From positions 17,950 to 81,949 of the forward strand of contig JAQGDQ010000365.1 of the NCBI GenBank assembly GCA_030141605.1: DNA of 64,000 nucleotides, written 5' to 3'. Every line of letters begins with the position of its first letter. The stretch's first letter is position 1. Source of the stretch: Tubiluchus corallicola. Lineage: Eukaryota > Animalia > Priapulida. The notes under the pieces were generated by a model. That model made no database searches and was not told the DNA's origin. It was given only the letters and a program-made list of their open reading frames with translations. Below, piece by piece: positions 9,316 through 19,717 of the stretch. A program made the translations under genes and the position numbers.

Positions 9316-10335
9316 TTGACAGTGAGAACCGCCTTATTTTATAGGAAGCGTGAAGGCAGGGTAGTTCAGTGTGTATTGTGCCCCCATTTTTGCACAATAG
9401 ATGATGGAGGTAGGGGTGTGTGTAATGTAAGAAAAAATCTGCAAGGCGATCTTTTTACTGAGGTTTTTGAATCTATCTCCTCATATAGCCTCGACCCGAT
9501 TGAGAAAAAACCTTTATACCATTTTTACCCAGGTAGTAAAATATTATCTATTGGTACAATAGGGTGTAATTTAAAATGCATGTTTTGTCAGAATTTTAGT
9601 ATCTCACAGGTATCTCCTGATCAGTTTGATACCGCTCGGCATGTTACCACAGATGAGGTTATACAAATGATGCAAGAATATCAGCCAAATATAGGTGTTG
9701 CTTTTACCTATAACGAGCCGACGGTTTTCTACGAATATATGCTCAACATCTCGAAGAGAGCAAAGGTGTGTAATATGAAAACAGCTATGGTTACTAATGG
9801 CTTTATCAATAAAAGGCCTCTTGAAAAGATTATTCCGCTAATGGATGCTTTTAATGTAGACTTGAAAGCTTTTTCTGAAACGTTCTATGAGAAATATACA
9901 GCTTCAAAATTATCTCCTGTTAAAAACAGTATAAAAATGATTGCCGAAGCGGGGAAACATCTTGAGATAACCACCCTTGTTATACCCGGGCTAAATGATG
10001 ACTGCAGTGAGTTTGAAGAGATGGTGAAGTGGATTTCAGGTGAAATAGGTAGCCACATAGCTTTACACATATCACGCTACTTTCCACATTTTATGAGTTC
10101 TGTAGAGCCCACCTCAATAAAGAAGCTGCTTGAGCTTTATGAAGTGGCATTGAAGCATTTGAAATATGTCTACCTCGGGAATGTTGCCGATTACAATAAA
10201 AATTCTACTTGCTGCTATAGTTGTGGGAATAGTGTTATAATAAGGCAGGCATATAAAACAGAGATAACAGGGCTGGATAAGAAAGGGAACTGCTCTATTT
10301 GTGGTAATCATATTATTGATAATATGCTCTCCTGA
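9316..10335 (+). CDS. amrS: AmmeMemoRadiSam system radical SAM enzyme
   Basis: N-terminal CxxCPHxC, DPIEKKPLYHFYPG, GCNLKCMFCQN, FTYNEP, C-terminal CxxC pairs. Confidence 0.9.
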   Translation: MTVRTALFYRKREGRVVQCVLCPHFCTIDDGGRGVCNVRKNLQGDLFTEVFESISSYSLDPIEKKPLYHFYPGSKILSIGTIGCNLKCMFCQNFSISQVSPDQFDTARHVTTDEVIQMMQEYQPNIGVAFTYNEPTVFYEYMLNISKRAKVCNMKTAMVTNGFINKRPLEKIIPLMDAFNVDLKAFSETFYEKYTASKLSPVKNSIKMIAEAGKHLEITTLVIPGLNDDCSEFEEMVKWISGEIGSHIALHISRYFPHFMSSVEPTSIKKLLELYEVALKHLKYVYLGNVADYNKNSTCCYSCGNSVIIRQAYKTEITGLDKKGNCSICGNHIIDNMLS

Positions 10336-10467
10336 TATACCTTTTTATCCATTTTTGAGCGCTGAACAGAAAAGGGTACCTTTGTACCATCTTCCGTTTT
10401 TTTAATAGATAGCAGGTATAATGCTTAAAGGGATTAGCCGGAGAGCACTGATAAGTCAAAATACTAC

Positions 10468-11649
10468 GTGAAACCCAAGATTGTAATAGGATTATCCGGA
10501 GGTGTTGATTCAAGCGTTGCTGCACATCTTTTACAGAAGCAGGGATATGGTGTTATAGGTCTGTTTATGATCAACTGGAAAGAGAGGGTAGGGAGCCTTA
10601 CCTCTGGCTGTGCATGGGAAGATGATGTAACATTTGCAGAGATGATAGCAAAGAAGCTGGGTATTCCTTTTCATGTTGTTGATTTTTCAGATTATTACCG
10701 AGACAGAGTTATCAACTACATGTTTGAGGAGTATGGCGAGGGACGTACACCCAACCCAGACATCCTGTGTAACAGAGATATTAAGTTTGATATATTTATG
10801 GATAAGGCGCTTGAACTGGGCGCGGAGTGTGTTGCAACAGGGCACTACTGCCGTAAAGAGTCTGTCACAAAGGATGGAGAAAAAATTTATCGCCTTCTTA
10901 CAGGTAGAGATCCAAATAAAGATCAGAGTTATTTTTTATGCCAGCTTAGCCAGAGCCAACTGGCAAGATCACTTTTCCCTATCGGGCACTTGCTGAAGGA
11001 AGAAGTTCGAAAAATAGCCAGGGAGCAGGGCTTTATTACAGCGAAGCGCAAAGATTCTCAAGGTATATGTTTTGTGGGGAAAGTTGACCTTCCCATTTTT
11101 CTTCAGCAAAGACTTGCCCCTAAAAAAGGTAATGTTATTGAGATCCCTGCCGAATTTATTGCAAAAAGGAAAAGGCCTGAGGCAACTAGGGAGAACTTCG
11201 GACTGCATTGCCACACTTTCCCTTATAAGCCATGGAATGGTAAAGTTATAGGTGAGCATAATGGAGCTCATTTTTATACTATCGGACAGCGAAAAGGGCT
11301 AAATATTGGTGGCCATTCCGAACCATTATTTGTTCTGGCTACTGATGTTAAGCGAAATATAGTATATGTAGGAGAGGGGAAAGGGCACCCGGGGCTTTTC
11401 CGCTGGGGGCTTTTTGTTCCTGAAAAAGATATTCATTGGATACGGCCTGATTTGAAACTATCACCAGATAGCAAGAATGATTTTCTTTTTAGAATACGTT
11501 ACAGGCAGTTAATGGAAAGAGGGCAGATGTATATGGAAAAGGAGGGGGCGTATATTTTGTTTGAAAATGAACAGCGGGGTATTGCTTCGGGACAATTTGT
11601 CGTGTGGTATACCGGCGATGAAGAGATAGGTTCCGGGACTATTCAGTAG
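10468..11649 (+). CDS. mnmA: tRNA 2-thiouridine(34) synthase MnmA
   Basis: GLSGGVDSSV, TPNPDILCN, KDQSYFL, DSQGICF, YTIGQRKG. Confidence 0.96.
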   Translation: MKPKIVIGLSGGVDSSVAAHLLQKQGYGVIGLFMINWKERVGSLTSGCAWEDDVTFAEMIAKKLGIPFHVVDFSDYYRDRVINYMFEEYGEGRTPNPDILCNRDIKFDIFMDKALELGAECVATGHYCRKESVTKDGEKIYRLLTGRDPNKDQSYFLCQLSQSQLARSLFPIGHLLKEEVRKIAREQGFITAKRKDSQGICFVGKVDLPIFLQQRLAPKKGNVIEIPAEFIAKRKRPEATRENFGLHCHTFPYKPWNGKVIGEHNGAHFYTIGQRKGLNIGGHSEPLFVLATDVKRNIVYVGEGKGHPGLFRWGLFVPEKDIHWIRPDLKLSPDSKNDFLFRIRYRQLMERGQMYMEKEGAYILFENEQRGIASGQFVVWYTGDEEIGSGTIQ

Positions 11650-11714
11650 CTTAATAATTCAGAAGTGAAGAGATGGTGCACACTCTTTGCTAACTTCTCC
11701 TATGTGTAGGATTC

Positions 11715-11790
11715 AGCTCTTACGGGTGTTTTTATTAAAGCTCTTCTCAAGATTTTCTCACTTGCACCGGGGGGCGGCATCAGGTTTCTC
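11715..11790 (+). mobile_element. Partial/degenerate TIR repeat copy
   Basis: TTAAAGCTCTTCTCAAGATTTTCTCACTTGCAC resembles TTAAAGCTCTTTTCAAAATCCTCACTTGAGC in the copy at 23533. Confidence 0.5.
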
Positions 11791-11804
11791 TCCCACTCTA
11801 CATC

Positions 11805-12449
11805 TCACTTTTCTTTACTTTGATAGACATGTAATTGGCGTGCAATTTTTTGCTCTCGCTCTACAGCCCGTCTACGATACACCTCAAACTCCTCTTCAAC
11901 CTCTTTTAATCTTGTTTTTGTTTTGGAGGTAACGGAGTTACTGTTTTTAAACAGTAGTAAAAGTATTACGGTTAGCACTAAAAGTGAAATCGATATAAAT
12001 ATCATTATTGACTGATATGTTGATTTTTGAATAGATATTCCTAAAAAAGCTATTCCATCTTTTTCTGCCTGTATATGAGTCAACTCTTTACGTTTTTTAC
12101 TGAGTTCGACACCCATTTTCTCAATCTCTTCTTTGTACCTGAGTATTAAATCATCTTTTTCAAGCAACTGCTGATCCGCAAGTCTCAGTGAATCAGTAAT
12201 ATTTTTGTGGAGTTCGTTTAACCATTCTATCCTAGCAAGCCTGTATATTTTGTATTTCTCAGACCTCTTCATTAAATAGTCAAACTGCTCATCAATACTG
12301 CCGCTCTTCAGAAATGAGTTTGACCTGGCCGGGCTACTTGCTGCTTTTGTCGTTTCAGCAGTTTCCACCTGGGAAAATGTAATGAAGGGGGTAAGTGTGA
12401 AAAAAAGAGTTGAAAAGATGATTATTCTGAAAAACATAATATAAAACAC
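11805..12449 (-). CDS. Hypothetical exported protein with coiled coil and C-terminal TM helix
   Basis: Signal peptide, heptad-like charged helix, hydrophobic segment near aa 145-168, basic tail; no catalytic motif seen. Confidence 0.75.
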   Translation of the reverse strand: MFYIMFFRIIIFSTLFFTLTPFITFSQVETAETTKAASSPARSNSFLKSGSIDEQFDYLMKRSEKYKIYRLARIEWLNELHKNITDSLRLADQQLLEKDDLILRYKEEIEKMGVELSKKRKELTHIQAEKDGIAFLGISIQKSTYQSIMIFISISLLVLTVILLLLFKNSNSVTSKTKTRLKEVEEEFEVYRRRAVEREQKIARQLHVYQSKEK

Positions 12450-12555
12450 TATTTAAAATATTGTTTAACAAGTACCCCGCTACGTTGAACAGGGGTTTCG
12501 TCAAAGATAAGTATTTATTATAATATTGCAGTAAGTCGTAGGCAAATTATGACCT

Positions 12556-12693
12556 GGCTCTCATGCAGAACTCACCTTTTTATTGATGCTTTTGTCAGAA
12601 TCTTATTCAAAATCCCGATTACGTTAGTAAATGGCAATTTTTTATCGAGTTTTTCCTCAATTTGAATCAAAACTTTTGCCTTACAAAGGTCTC
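12556..12693 (+). mobile_element. Dispersed TIR repeat copy (long form)
   Basis: ...TGCAGAACTCACCTTTTTATTGATGCTTTTGTCAGAATCTTATTCAAAATCC...GAGTTTTTCCTCAATTTGAATCAAAACTTTTGCCTTACAAAGGTCTC. Confidence 0.87.
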
Positions 12694-12968
12694 TTTCATA
12701 TTACAGATTGTTGCTTGAGCTGTGAGAGGTCAGACAGCCGGCAAAAGATGGGTTTTTTGAATCTGGACTTTTCAGGTCAACCCTAAACTATTTTTAACTA
12801 TTATTATATATTTTTGTTATTATTATATATTTTTAATAAATTACGAGGTGAAATACTGGGGCGATGGGACCAGTTATTTACATGAAGTCCAGTATAGAGC
12901 TGGCATGGGCTATCTATGTCTGTGCACGATCTGTAATTTTGACTATTAACTAACTAAACTTTTAAATA

Positions 12969-15900
12969 ATGGGATGCTATAGACCATTAACTTTTTCCTT
13001 TTTAATTATACTTCTGATATGTGGAAATGCTTTTGCGCAGAATTCAATTACTGTAAAGGGTAAAATTACAAGTAGCATGGGCGAAGCGTTACCCGGTGTG
13101 CATATTGTTGTTGAAGGTACAATAACAGGCACCATTTCAGATATGGATGGGGATTATACATTGGAAGCTTCTGAGGATGCTGTTTTATCATTTAGTATCA
13201 TAGGGTTTTCTTCTGTTAGGGAGAGTGTAAATGGCAAGACACGAATCGATATTATCATGTCGGAGGACATAAATGAGCTTGAAGGAGTGGTTGTAACCGC
13301 TTTAGGCATGGAAAGGGAAAAGCGCTCTCTAGGGTACTCAGTAGGGGAGGTGGATAGTGAAAAGTTGACCGTAACCCCTCAAGAAAATGTACTTGGAGCT
13401 TTGTCGAGTAAGGTAGCGGGTGTACAGATTAGCTCTACAAGCGGCGATCCGGGTGCTTCACAAAGTGTTGTAATACGTGGGCAAACATCTTTGAGTAATG
13501 ACAACCAGCCTCTGTTTGTAATAGACGGAGTCCCTGTTGCAAATTCGCTTTCATCCGGTGTTCAGGGTATGGGAGAAGGTGTTACTGTCGATTTTGGTAA
13601 TCCCATATCGGATATTAGCCCGGATGATATAGAGAGCATATCCGTTTTGAAAGGGCCAAGTGCTGCTGCACTGTATGGTTCAAGAGCGGGGAATGGGGTT
13701 ATTTTGATAACTACAAAGACAGGAGAGGGAGCTAGAAAGGGGTTGGGTATAACCTTTACTACAAGTACTGTTTTTGATATACCATATAAATACTTCACAG
13801 AGACCACATTCCATAATTCTTTTGCTACTGGTCAGGGAGCTGCCGATGAAACATCTCCTTATACGTTTGGTCCAAGATTAGATAAAGGAAATGTGGCTTA
13901 TGCCCCATTTTACGGGGGAGAAATAGAGTTGGAGAGCCATAAATACAACATGAGAAATTTTTTGGATTCATATGCTGTTACATTCACTAATAGCATAGGG
14001 GTGTCGGGAAATTATGATAAAGGGAGTTTTAGAATGTCATTTACAGATATGAGAAATAATGGTATTGAACCAAACACTGATTTGACAAGGCAAACATTTA
14101 CAGTGTCTCCCATCTACAATATTACAGATAAAGTAAAGATTTCTTCCAATATCAATATCACAGAGTCACGCTCCGACAACAGGCCGGCAGGAGGCAGTGG
14201 CTCGGGTAATGTTGCATATGCTGCCATATATGTTCCGATACAGTATAATATTGAAGATTTTAAAGATTACTGGCTGACGGAAGATATATCTCAAAATGCA
14301 ATTTATGATAAAGATGATCAAGTAGTGGTTGACAACCCATATTTTATAGCAAATGAGATTGTAAATGGATTTAGGCGTAACAGGATATATGGTAATATAA
14401 AGCTAGATTACCAAATAACTGATGAGATAAGTGCTTTTGCCCGGATGTCGCTTGATAGGTATGGTGAAAGACGGGAAGGGCGGATATCGCAAGGATATTC
14501 GAAAAACCCGGAAGGCTCTTACATTTTACAGGAAAACGGTTTTAGCGAAACCAATATGGACTTTTTGGTAACTTATAGTAAAAGAGTAAAAGATGTGCAG
14601 TTTTCGGCATCGGCAGGCGCCAACACTATGTACCAATATCGAACTCACCACACCAGCGAGGCGGAAAAGCTATTAGCGCCCGGTTTGTATAGATTATCAA
14701 ATGCATTTAATCAGAGCTTTCTTAAGTCGAGCAACAGCACATATGAAAAAGCCATAAATAGTGTTTACGGGATGGCAACGGTAGGGTATAAGAGTGTGGT
14801 ATTTATAGATATTACAGCGAGAAATGACTGGTCGAGTACATTACCAGAATCCAGTAGGTCATATTTTTATCCTTCCTCCTCCTTAAGCGCTATTATCTCT
14901 GATATGGTGGAGATGCCATCACCTGTATCGTTAATGAAGCTGAGAGGAGGATGGGCACAGGTGGGTAACGATACTGATCCGTATAATCTTTACGCAACAA
15001 CAACTGCAGGTGAATATTGGGGAAACACTTCAGGTGCCAGCACCAGCAGTTTAATATACAATAGCGACTTGTTACCGGAAAAAGCAACTTCTATGGAGGT
15101 GGGGCTTGATTTGTCATTATTGATGAATAGAGTTTCACTAGAGGGCACGTATTATGTAGTAGATAATGAGAATCAAATAATTCAGGTAGAGGCGGCTTCT
15201 TCAACGGGCTATTCCAGTAGGTTCACTAATGCAGGCACTTTAAGGAGCCAGGGTTGGGAAATAGTATTAAACTCAACGCCATACGTAACTGATGATTTTC
15301 AATGGGATTTAGGTTTTAATTATACCAGGAACAGGACAAAAGTGAAAAAGTTGCCCACAGAGCTACTGGGGGAGGGGGGAAGGCTGGAACTATATGATGA
15401 GGGGAGGGTGAAATACTTAGTTGTAGAGGGGGACCAACTGGGAGACATGTGGGTAAAGGATTATGTTAAGGTGGATGACCCATCATCTCCGTATCATGGA
15501 TGGCCATTGTTAACGTCCGGTGATGAAGGTCACCTAACTTATCAAACAGCTGCGACTTATGGGGTAATAGCAGGTAATTACAACAATGATTTTTTATTGG
15601 GCATAACCACAAATTTCAGATATAAGGGCTGGTCTTTGGCAATGGTATTTGACTGGCGACAAGGAGGGCAGTTTTTGTCTCAAACAATGAGGTATTCACA
15701 GTCTGACCTGCTTGTGGCAGAGACTATACAAGGTATTGACGTGGGAGGCAGAGAAGGTGAAGAGCTAGTAGCATATATCAAGGCAAACCCGGACAAAGTT
15801 TTTGGCCCGAATGTTTTTATTGGGGGTGCTGATGAAGATTTTAGAGGATTAGGGCCGCAAAAGAACCAGGCCTTTGTGCCAGGGGTGTATTTAGCAGGGG

Positions 15901-16265
15901 ATGGCACTTATGTAGAGAACCTGGGGGGAGAGGGTACTGATTTTACTCTCCCGGGGTATGCTCCAATTATAAACGCATCGTGGGATTTTCCAATAGTATC
16001 TATTTATGATGCCTCCTATTTTAAGTTGCGGGAGATTTCTTTATCATATCAGTTACCAAGAGAGATATTGCAAAAGGTGTTTTTTCAAGATGCGGCAGTA
16101 TCTGTATTTAGTAGAAACATTGTCTTGTGGACAGCGGCAGGAATAGGGATAGATCCAGAAAATGCTTTTCAGCCTAAGAGTAGTGGTTTTATACAGGGAG
16201 TGGAAAGGTATAATCTTATGCCATGGATGGCACCGATTGGAGCAAAAATATCTTTAAGTTTTTGA
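12969..16265 (+). CDS. SusC/RagA family TonB-dependent outer membrane transporter
   Basis: N-terminal CarboxypepD-like domain, PLFVIDGVP, DIESISVLKGPSAAALYGSRAGNGVILITTK plug signature, terminal Phe. Confidence 0.96.
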   Translation: MGCYRPLTFSFLIILLICGNAFAQNSITVKGKITSSMGEALPGVHIVVEGTITGTISDMDGDYTLEASEDAVLSFSIIGFSSVRESVNGKTRIDIIMSEDINELEGVVVTALGMEREKRSLGYSVGEVDSEKLTVTPQENVLGALSSKVAGVQISSTSGDPGASQSVVIRGQTSLSNDNQPLFVIDGVPVANSLSSGVQGMGEGVTVDFGNPISDISPDDIESISVLKGPSAAALYGSRAGNGVILITTKTGEGARKGLGITFTTSTVFDIPYKYFTETTFHNSFATGQGAADETSPYTFGPRLDKGNVAYAPFYGGEIELESHKYNMRNFLDSYAVTFTNSIGVSGNYDKGSFRMSFTDMRNNGIEPNTDLTRQTFTVSPIYNITDKVKISSNINITESRSDNRPAGGSGSGNVAYAAIYVPIQYNIEDFKDYWLTEDISQNAIYDKDDQVVVDNPYFIANEIVNGFRRNRIYGNIKLDYQITDEISAFARMSLDRYGERREGRISQGYSKNPEGSYILQENGFSETNMDFLVTYSKRVKDVQFSASAGANTMYQYRTHHTSEAEKLLAPGLYRLSNAFNQSFLKSSNSTYEKAINSVYGMATVGYKSVVFIDITARNDWSSTLPESSRSYFYPSSSLSAIISDMVEMPSPVSLMKLRGGWAQVGNDTDPYNLYATTTAGEYWGNTSGASTSSLIYNSDLLPEKATSMEVGLDLSLLMNRVSLEGTYYVVDNENQIIQVEAASSTGYSSRFTNAGTLRSQGWEIVLNSTPYVTDDFQWDLGFNYTRNRTKVKKLPTELLGEGGRLELYDEGRVKYLVVEGDQLGDMWVKDYVKVDDPSSPYHGWPLLTSGDEGHLTYQTAATYGVIAGNYNNDFLLGITTNFRYKGWSLAMVFDWRQGGQFLSQTMRYSQSDLLVAETIQGIDVGGREGEELVAYIKANPDKVFGPNVFIGGADEDFRGLGPQKNQAFVPGVYLAGDGTYVENLGGEGTDFTLPGYAPIINASWDFPIVSIYDASYFKLREISLSYQLPREILQKVFFQDAAVSVFSRNIVLWTAAGIGIDPENAFQPKSSGFIQGVERYNLMPWMAPIGAKISLSF

Positions 16266-16306
16266 AAAAAGAGATAAATAGTAAAAGCATTATAATAAAG
16301 TAAGCT

Positions 16307-18031
16307 ATGAAGCGAAAAATAGATAGTGCAAAGAAAGCAGGAATAGCGGTACTTGCCGTATCAGTGGCAAGTGTGATTTTTTCATGTCATGATTTAACAA
16401 AACTAAATGAAAATCCTAATGGGCTGAGAGATCCGGAGATACGGCAATTATTGGTGAGTGTATTGTATTCTACGGCGGTTTCTTATCATGAGGATGCGTA
16501 TGCGAGCCGTACGGGAACAATGATGCAGTACTTTGTAGTGGATGCGTGGGGTGGAGTTTCCAGAATGGATTTTACAACGGAGGAGTTTGATAAGTTTCTC
16601 AGTAAAAAGCTCAGGAATGCACGAGAGTTAGAGAGACTGGCTGATGAGCAGGAGTTGGATGCATATAAAGGGGTATCCAAAGTAATGCAGGCATTTGTGT
16701 GGGGATATATGACAGATTGTTTTGGGGATATACCATTTTCTGAGTCACTTTCAAAAGATATTTTTACTCCTAAGTATGATGCGCAGAGGGATGTTTATGA
16801 GTCTATTCTGGAAATGCTGGAGGAAGCTAACGATATTTTGGCACAGGCAAACACTAATGAGGTTTCTATCGAGTATGATATTGTGTATAGTGGGGATGTA
16901 AAGAAGTGGCAGAAGTTTGCTAACTCGTTACAGTTGCGTTACTATATGAGGCTTTCTCTGAAACTTCCGGATTTTGCTAAAGAAGGAGTGGAAAAGATAA
17001 TGGGAGATAAGGTTAAGTATCCTGTGTTTGAAACCAATGCAGATGGTGCAAAAGTAGAGTATGTGGGCAATAACTTTACAGATTCATTTCTCGGTGGCAC
17101 TATTAAAGATACTGATGGGTCTTCAGACTATCGAAGGAGAAAAGCGTGTAAAACATTTGTCGATAAGCTTATTGAGTTGAATGACCCAAGGCTTCATGTG
17201 ATTTGGGATCCGGTGGAGACAAGAATAGCAGCAAGCTCTACAGATGATACGGATGAAATAATAGATGACGTGCGGTATGTTGGACAGAATTTATTGGATG
17301 AGTATGCTGTCGATAAGCAAAATCAGGATAAGTTATATTCTGAAGAAAGGTATGTAGGTATTGCGCCTCACCCTGCAGGTTCACTCAATGCATATAACTA
17401 TAATTTTAATTTGGAGAAAGACAAAGATGGTGTATACATGCCTGCTACGGTACAGGATAGTCACTATAATCCGCATGTGTCGCAACTAAATCATGGTATT
17501 TTTCGCCAAAATGCACATGTGTTAAATCCTGCTTATATGATGCAGTACTCGGAAGTTTGTTTCTTGTTAGCAGAGGCAGCCTTGGAAGGCTGGAGTGTTG
17601 GAGGTACACCGGAATCATATTATAATAGCGGAGTAGAGGCGGGGCTGGATAGATTTAGTGAAGCTGGTGGGTATGGAGCTTATATAGCACAGCCGGAAGT
17701 AGCTTGGAATGGTACGAAGGAGCGTTTGGCAGAGCAAAGGTGGCTATCAATGTTTATGATGCCGGAGTCGTGGTTTGTGTGGAGAAAAACAGGATTGCCG
17801 GATATGTTGTCACGAGTAAAACAGGATTCGGACTATGCCGGAGCAGTAATAAGAGTAACAGCAATACGCTATCAGTATGATCCTGAAGAGCCAACTTTAA
17901 ATATGGTTGAGTACAATAAGGCAGTGAATAATGCTGATAACCTAGAGAGTACAGAGTATACTACTACTCCAAGTCCTGACCATATCACATCTAAGATGTG
18001 GGTACTGCAAGACACCGGGAACCCATGGTAA
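16307..18031 (+). CDS. SusD/RagB family lipoprotein
   Basis: Lipobox IFSC, TDCFGDIPFSE, KWQKFANSLQLRYYMRLS; directly downstream of susC. Confidence 0.93.
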   Translation: MKRKIDSAKKAGIAVLAVSVASVIFSCHDLTKLNENPNGLRDPEIRQLLVSVLYSTAVSYHEDAYASRTGTMMQYFVVDAWGGVSRMDFTTEEFDKFLSKKLRNARELERLADEQELDAYKGVSKVMQAFVWGYMTDCFGDIPFSESLSKDIFTPKYDAQRDVYESILEMLEEANDILAQANTNEVSIEYDIVYSGDVKKWQKFANSLQLRYYMRLSLKLPDFAKEGVEKIMGDKVKYPVFETNADGAKVEYVGNNFTDSFLGGTIKDTDGSSDYRRRKACKTFVDKLIELNDPRLHVIWDPVETRIAASSTDDTDEIIDDVRYVGQNLLDEYAVDKQNQDKLYSEERYVGIAPHPAGSLNAYNYNFNLEKDKDGVYMPATVQDSHYNPHVSQLNHGIFRQNAHVLNPAYMMQYSEVCFLLAEAALEGWSVGGTPESYYNSGVEAGLDRFSEAGGYGAYIAQPEVAWNGTKERLAEQRWLSMFMMPESWFVWRKTGLPDMLSRVKQDSDYAGAVIRVTAIRYQYDPEEPTLNMVEYNKAVNNADNLESTEYTTTPSPDHITSKMWVLQDTGNPW

Positions 18032-18072
18032 GAGATACTGGAATAAAGAAGTTACTACTTATCCGCTAAAAA

Positions 18073-18215
18073 AGACTCGTTTAAAAAAATAACTCTAGCT
18101 TGAACCATTTTTTTGCTTAGCAAAGACCCCGGGCTTTTGTTTATCTCGATTAAATTGTGAACTTTCATCAAATTTTTCTTCAATCCGGGTCACGCTCTAT
18201 TTTGTAAAACGCCTC
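18073..18215 (+). mobile_element. Degenerate TIR repeat copy
   Basis: Right half TAAATTGTGAACTTTCATCAAATTTTTCTTCAATCCGGGTCA...TTTTGTAAAACGCCTC matches the family; left boundary uncertain. Confidence 0.6.
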
Positions 18216-18351
18216 AATAACGTGCTTATCCATTATCTTTATAACAACTTTCTTCTCGTTTTATGTTTTTGGTACGATATTTGCTTTTATGATTTTATAG
18301 AGATATCATTTAGGAATGTTTAGCAAAATTAAAATAAAGGGAGGGCAAGCA

Positions 18352-19635
18352 ATGAAATCAATGGTTAAAACGCTTTTCGGACTTTTTGGGGTGTTGTTTA
18401 TAATGAGCGCCTGCTCAACTTCAACTATGATCTCCAGCGGGTATAGTGATGATATATATTATATTCCAGGAGATACTCCACCAGTAGTTGCTGTCAGTAG
18501 TAAAGAGAAAGCATCATCAACCCAAAAACAGGTTGTTGTTTCCGAAATAGAGCAGACAGAACAGGGAACCGTAGTTGATAACTATGTATTGGCCAATACC
18601 GGGAATAGTGATGGTTATATTGAAAAACAGCAGTTCGGTAGTACCCCTACCCAGTCTGATACAGTTTTTTCTTATGTGGATGGCTCGGAGAAATATGAGA
18701 TAAATAATTACTATGATCCCGAAGATGTAAGCTATGTTTCACGTATCAATCGTTTCTACGATCCATATTATTACGACCCATATTGGAACTTATACTCATA
18801 TCCACATTACGGTTTTTCGTGGAGTATGAGTTGGGGATATTCTAGCTACTACTACGGGTGTGGATACCCTGGCTATGGATGGGGCTACCCGTACCACTAT
18901 TCGTATTACTACCCCTATTACGGATACGGATGGGGTCATCACTACTACCCTCATTATCATTATCCTCATTATTCATCCTACAACACCTATTATGGGAAAA
19001 ATAATTATAGGGGTAGCTCGGTCTCTTCCCGTAAGGTAGGCAGTAGCAGTAGTAGCACCTATGTTGGAAGCCAGTCTGGAGTGCGGAGCAGTCGTACAGT
19101 CTCTGGTACCTCTTCATCTACCTCATCTACCTCATCTACCTCATCTACCAGGAGGAGTGTTACTCCCTCTGCACAAAATAAGCCTGCTACAACGGAAAAT
19201 CAGAGTGTAAGCACCAGGAGTGGAGTGGCTTATAGAAACCTTAACCGCTCAGGTAGCTCTTCTTCTTCCTCTTCTTCCTCTGGTAGCACCAGGAGTAAAA
19301 CTGGGGAGTACTACACTCCCAGTTATTCAAAGCCAAGAACAAATACACGGGCAACATATAATAGTTCATCACAGCAGGGTAACTATTCCCGCTCCTCTTC
19401 ATCATCATCAAGAAGCTATGGCACCAAAAATAGCAGTTCTTCCAGTCGTACAAGCAGCACATATAAGCGTCGTTCCAGTTCAAGTACAAATAACAGCTAT
19501 AGTAATTCTTCTTCAAATAGCAGAAGTACTTACAGGTCGGCTCCAAGCAGCAGTTCGTCAAGCAGCCCAAGAAGTTCAAGTAGCTCAGGACGTTCTTCAG
19601 GTAGTAGCGGCAGCAGTAGTGGTCGCACAAGGTAA
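18352..19635 (+). CDS. Lipoprotein with Tyr/Gly/Pro-rich middle and Ser/Arg-rich low-complexity tail
   Basis: Signal peptide ending MSAC, DDIYY motif, low-complexity tail; start chosen at MKSMVK (alternative 18316). Confidence 0.8.
   Translation: MKSMVKTLFGLFGVLFIMSACSTSTMISSGYSDDIYYIPGDTPPVVAVSSKEKASSTQKQVVVSEIEQTEQGTVVDNYVLANTGNSDGYIEKQQFGSTPTQSDTVFSYVDGSEKYEINNYYDPEDVSYVSRINRFYDPYYYDPYWNLYSYPHYGFSWSMSWGYSSYYYGCGYPGYGWGYPYHYSYYYPYYGYGWGHHYYPHYHYPHYSSYNTYYGKNNYRGSSVSSRKVGSSSSSTYVGSQSGVRSSRTVSGTSSSTSSTSSTSSTRRSVTPSAQNKPATTENQSVSTRSGVAYRNLNRSGSSSSSSSSSGSTRSKTGEYYTPSYSKPRTNTRATYNSSSQQGNYSRSSSSSSRSYGTKNSSSSSRTSSTYKRRSSSSTNNSYSNSSSNSRSTYRSAPSSSSSSSPRSSSSSGRSSGSSGSSSGRTR
19114..19149 (+). repeat. 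9-bp tandem repeat x4 (TCATCTACC, SST)
   Basis: Read directly in the sequence, in frame. Confidence 0.9.
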
Positions 19636-19717
19636 TCTACATATAATATTCACTAAATATGTAGTGATTGAGTAAATTGTATTAAACTTAAAAATTACGA
19701 CAAATAAAAATACTAGA

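Noticed and set aside
11805-12449. tRNA methyltransferase label sometimes given to similar proteins
   Set aside because: Signal peptide, coiled coil and TM helix with no SAM-binding or SPOUT motif.
12763-12892. CTGGACTT / AAGTCCAG inverted pair around the susC promoter region as an invertible promoter
   Set aside because: Only 8 bp, with no recombinase nearby; too weak without read evidence.
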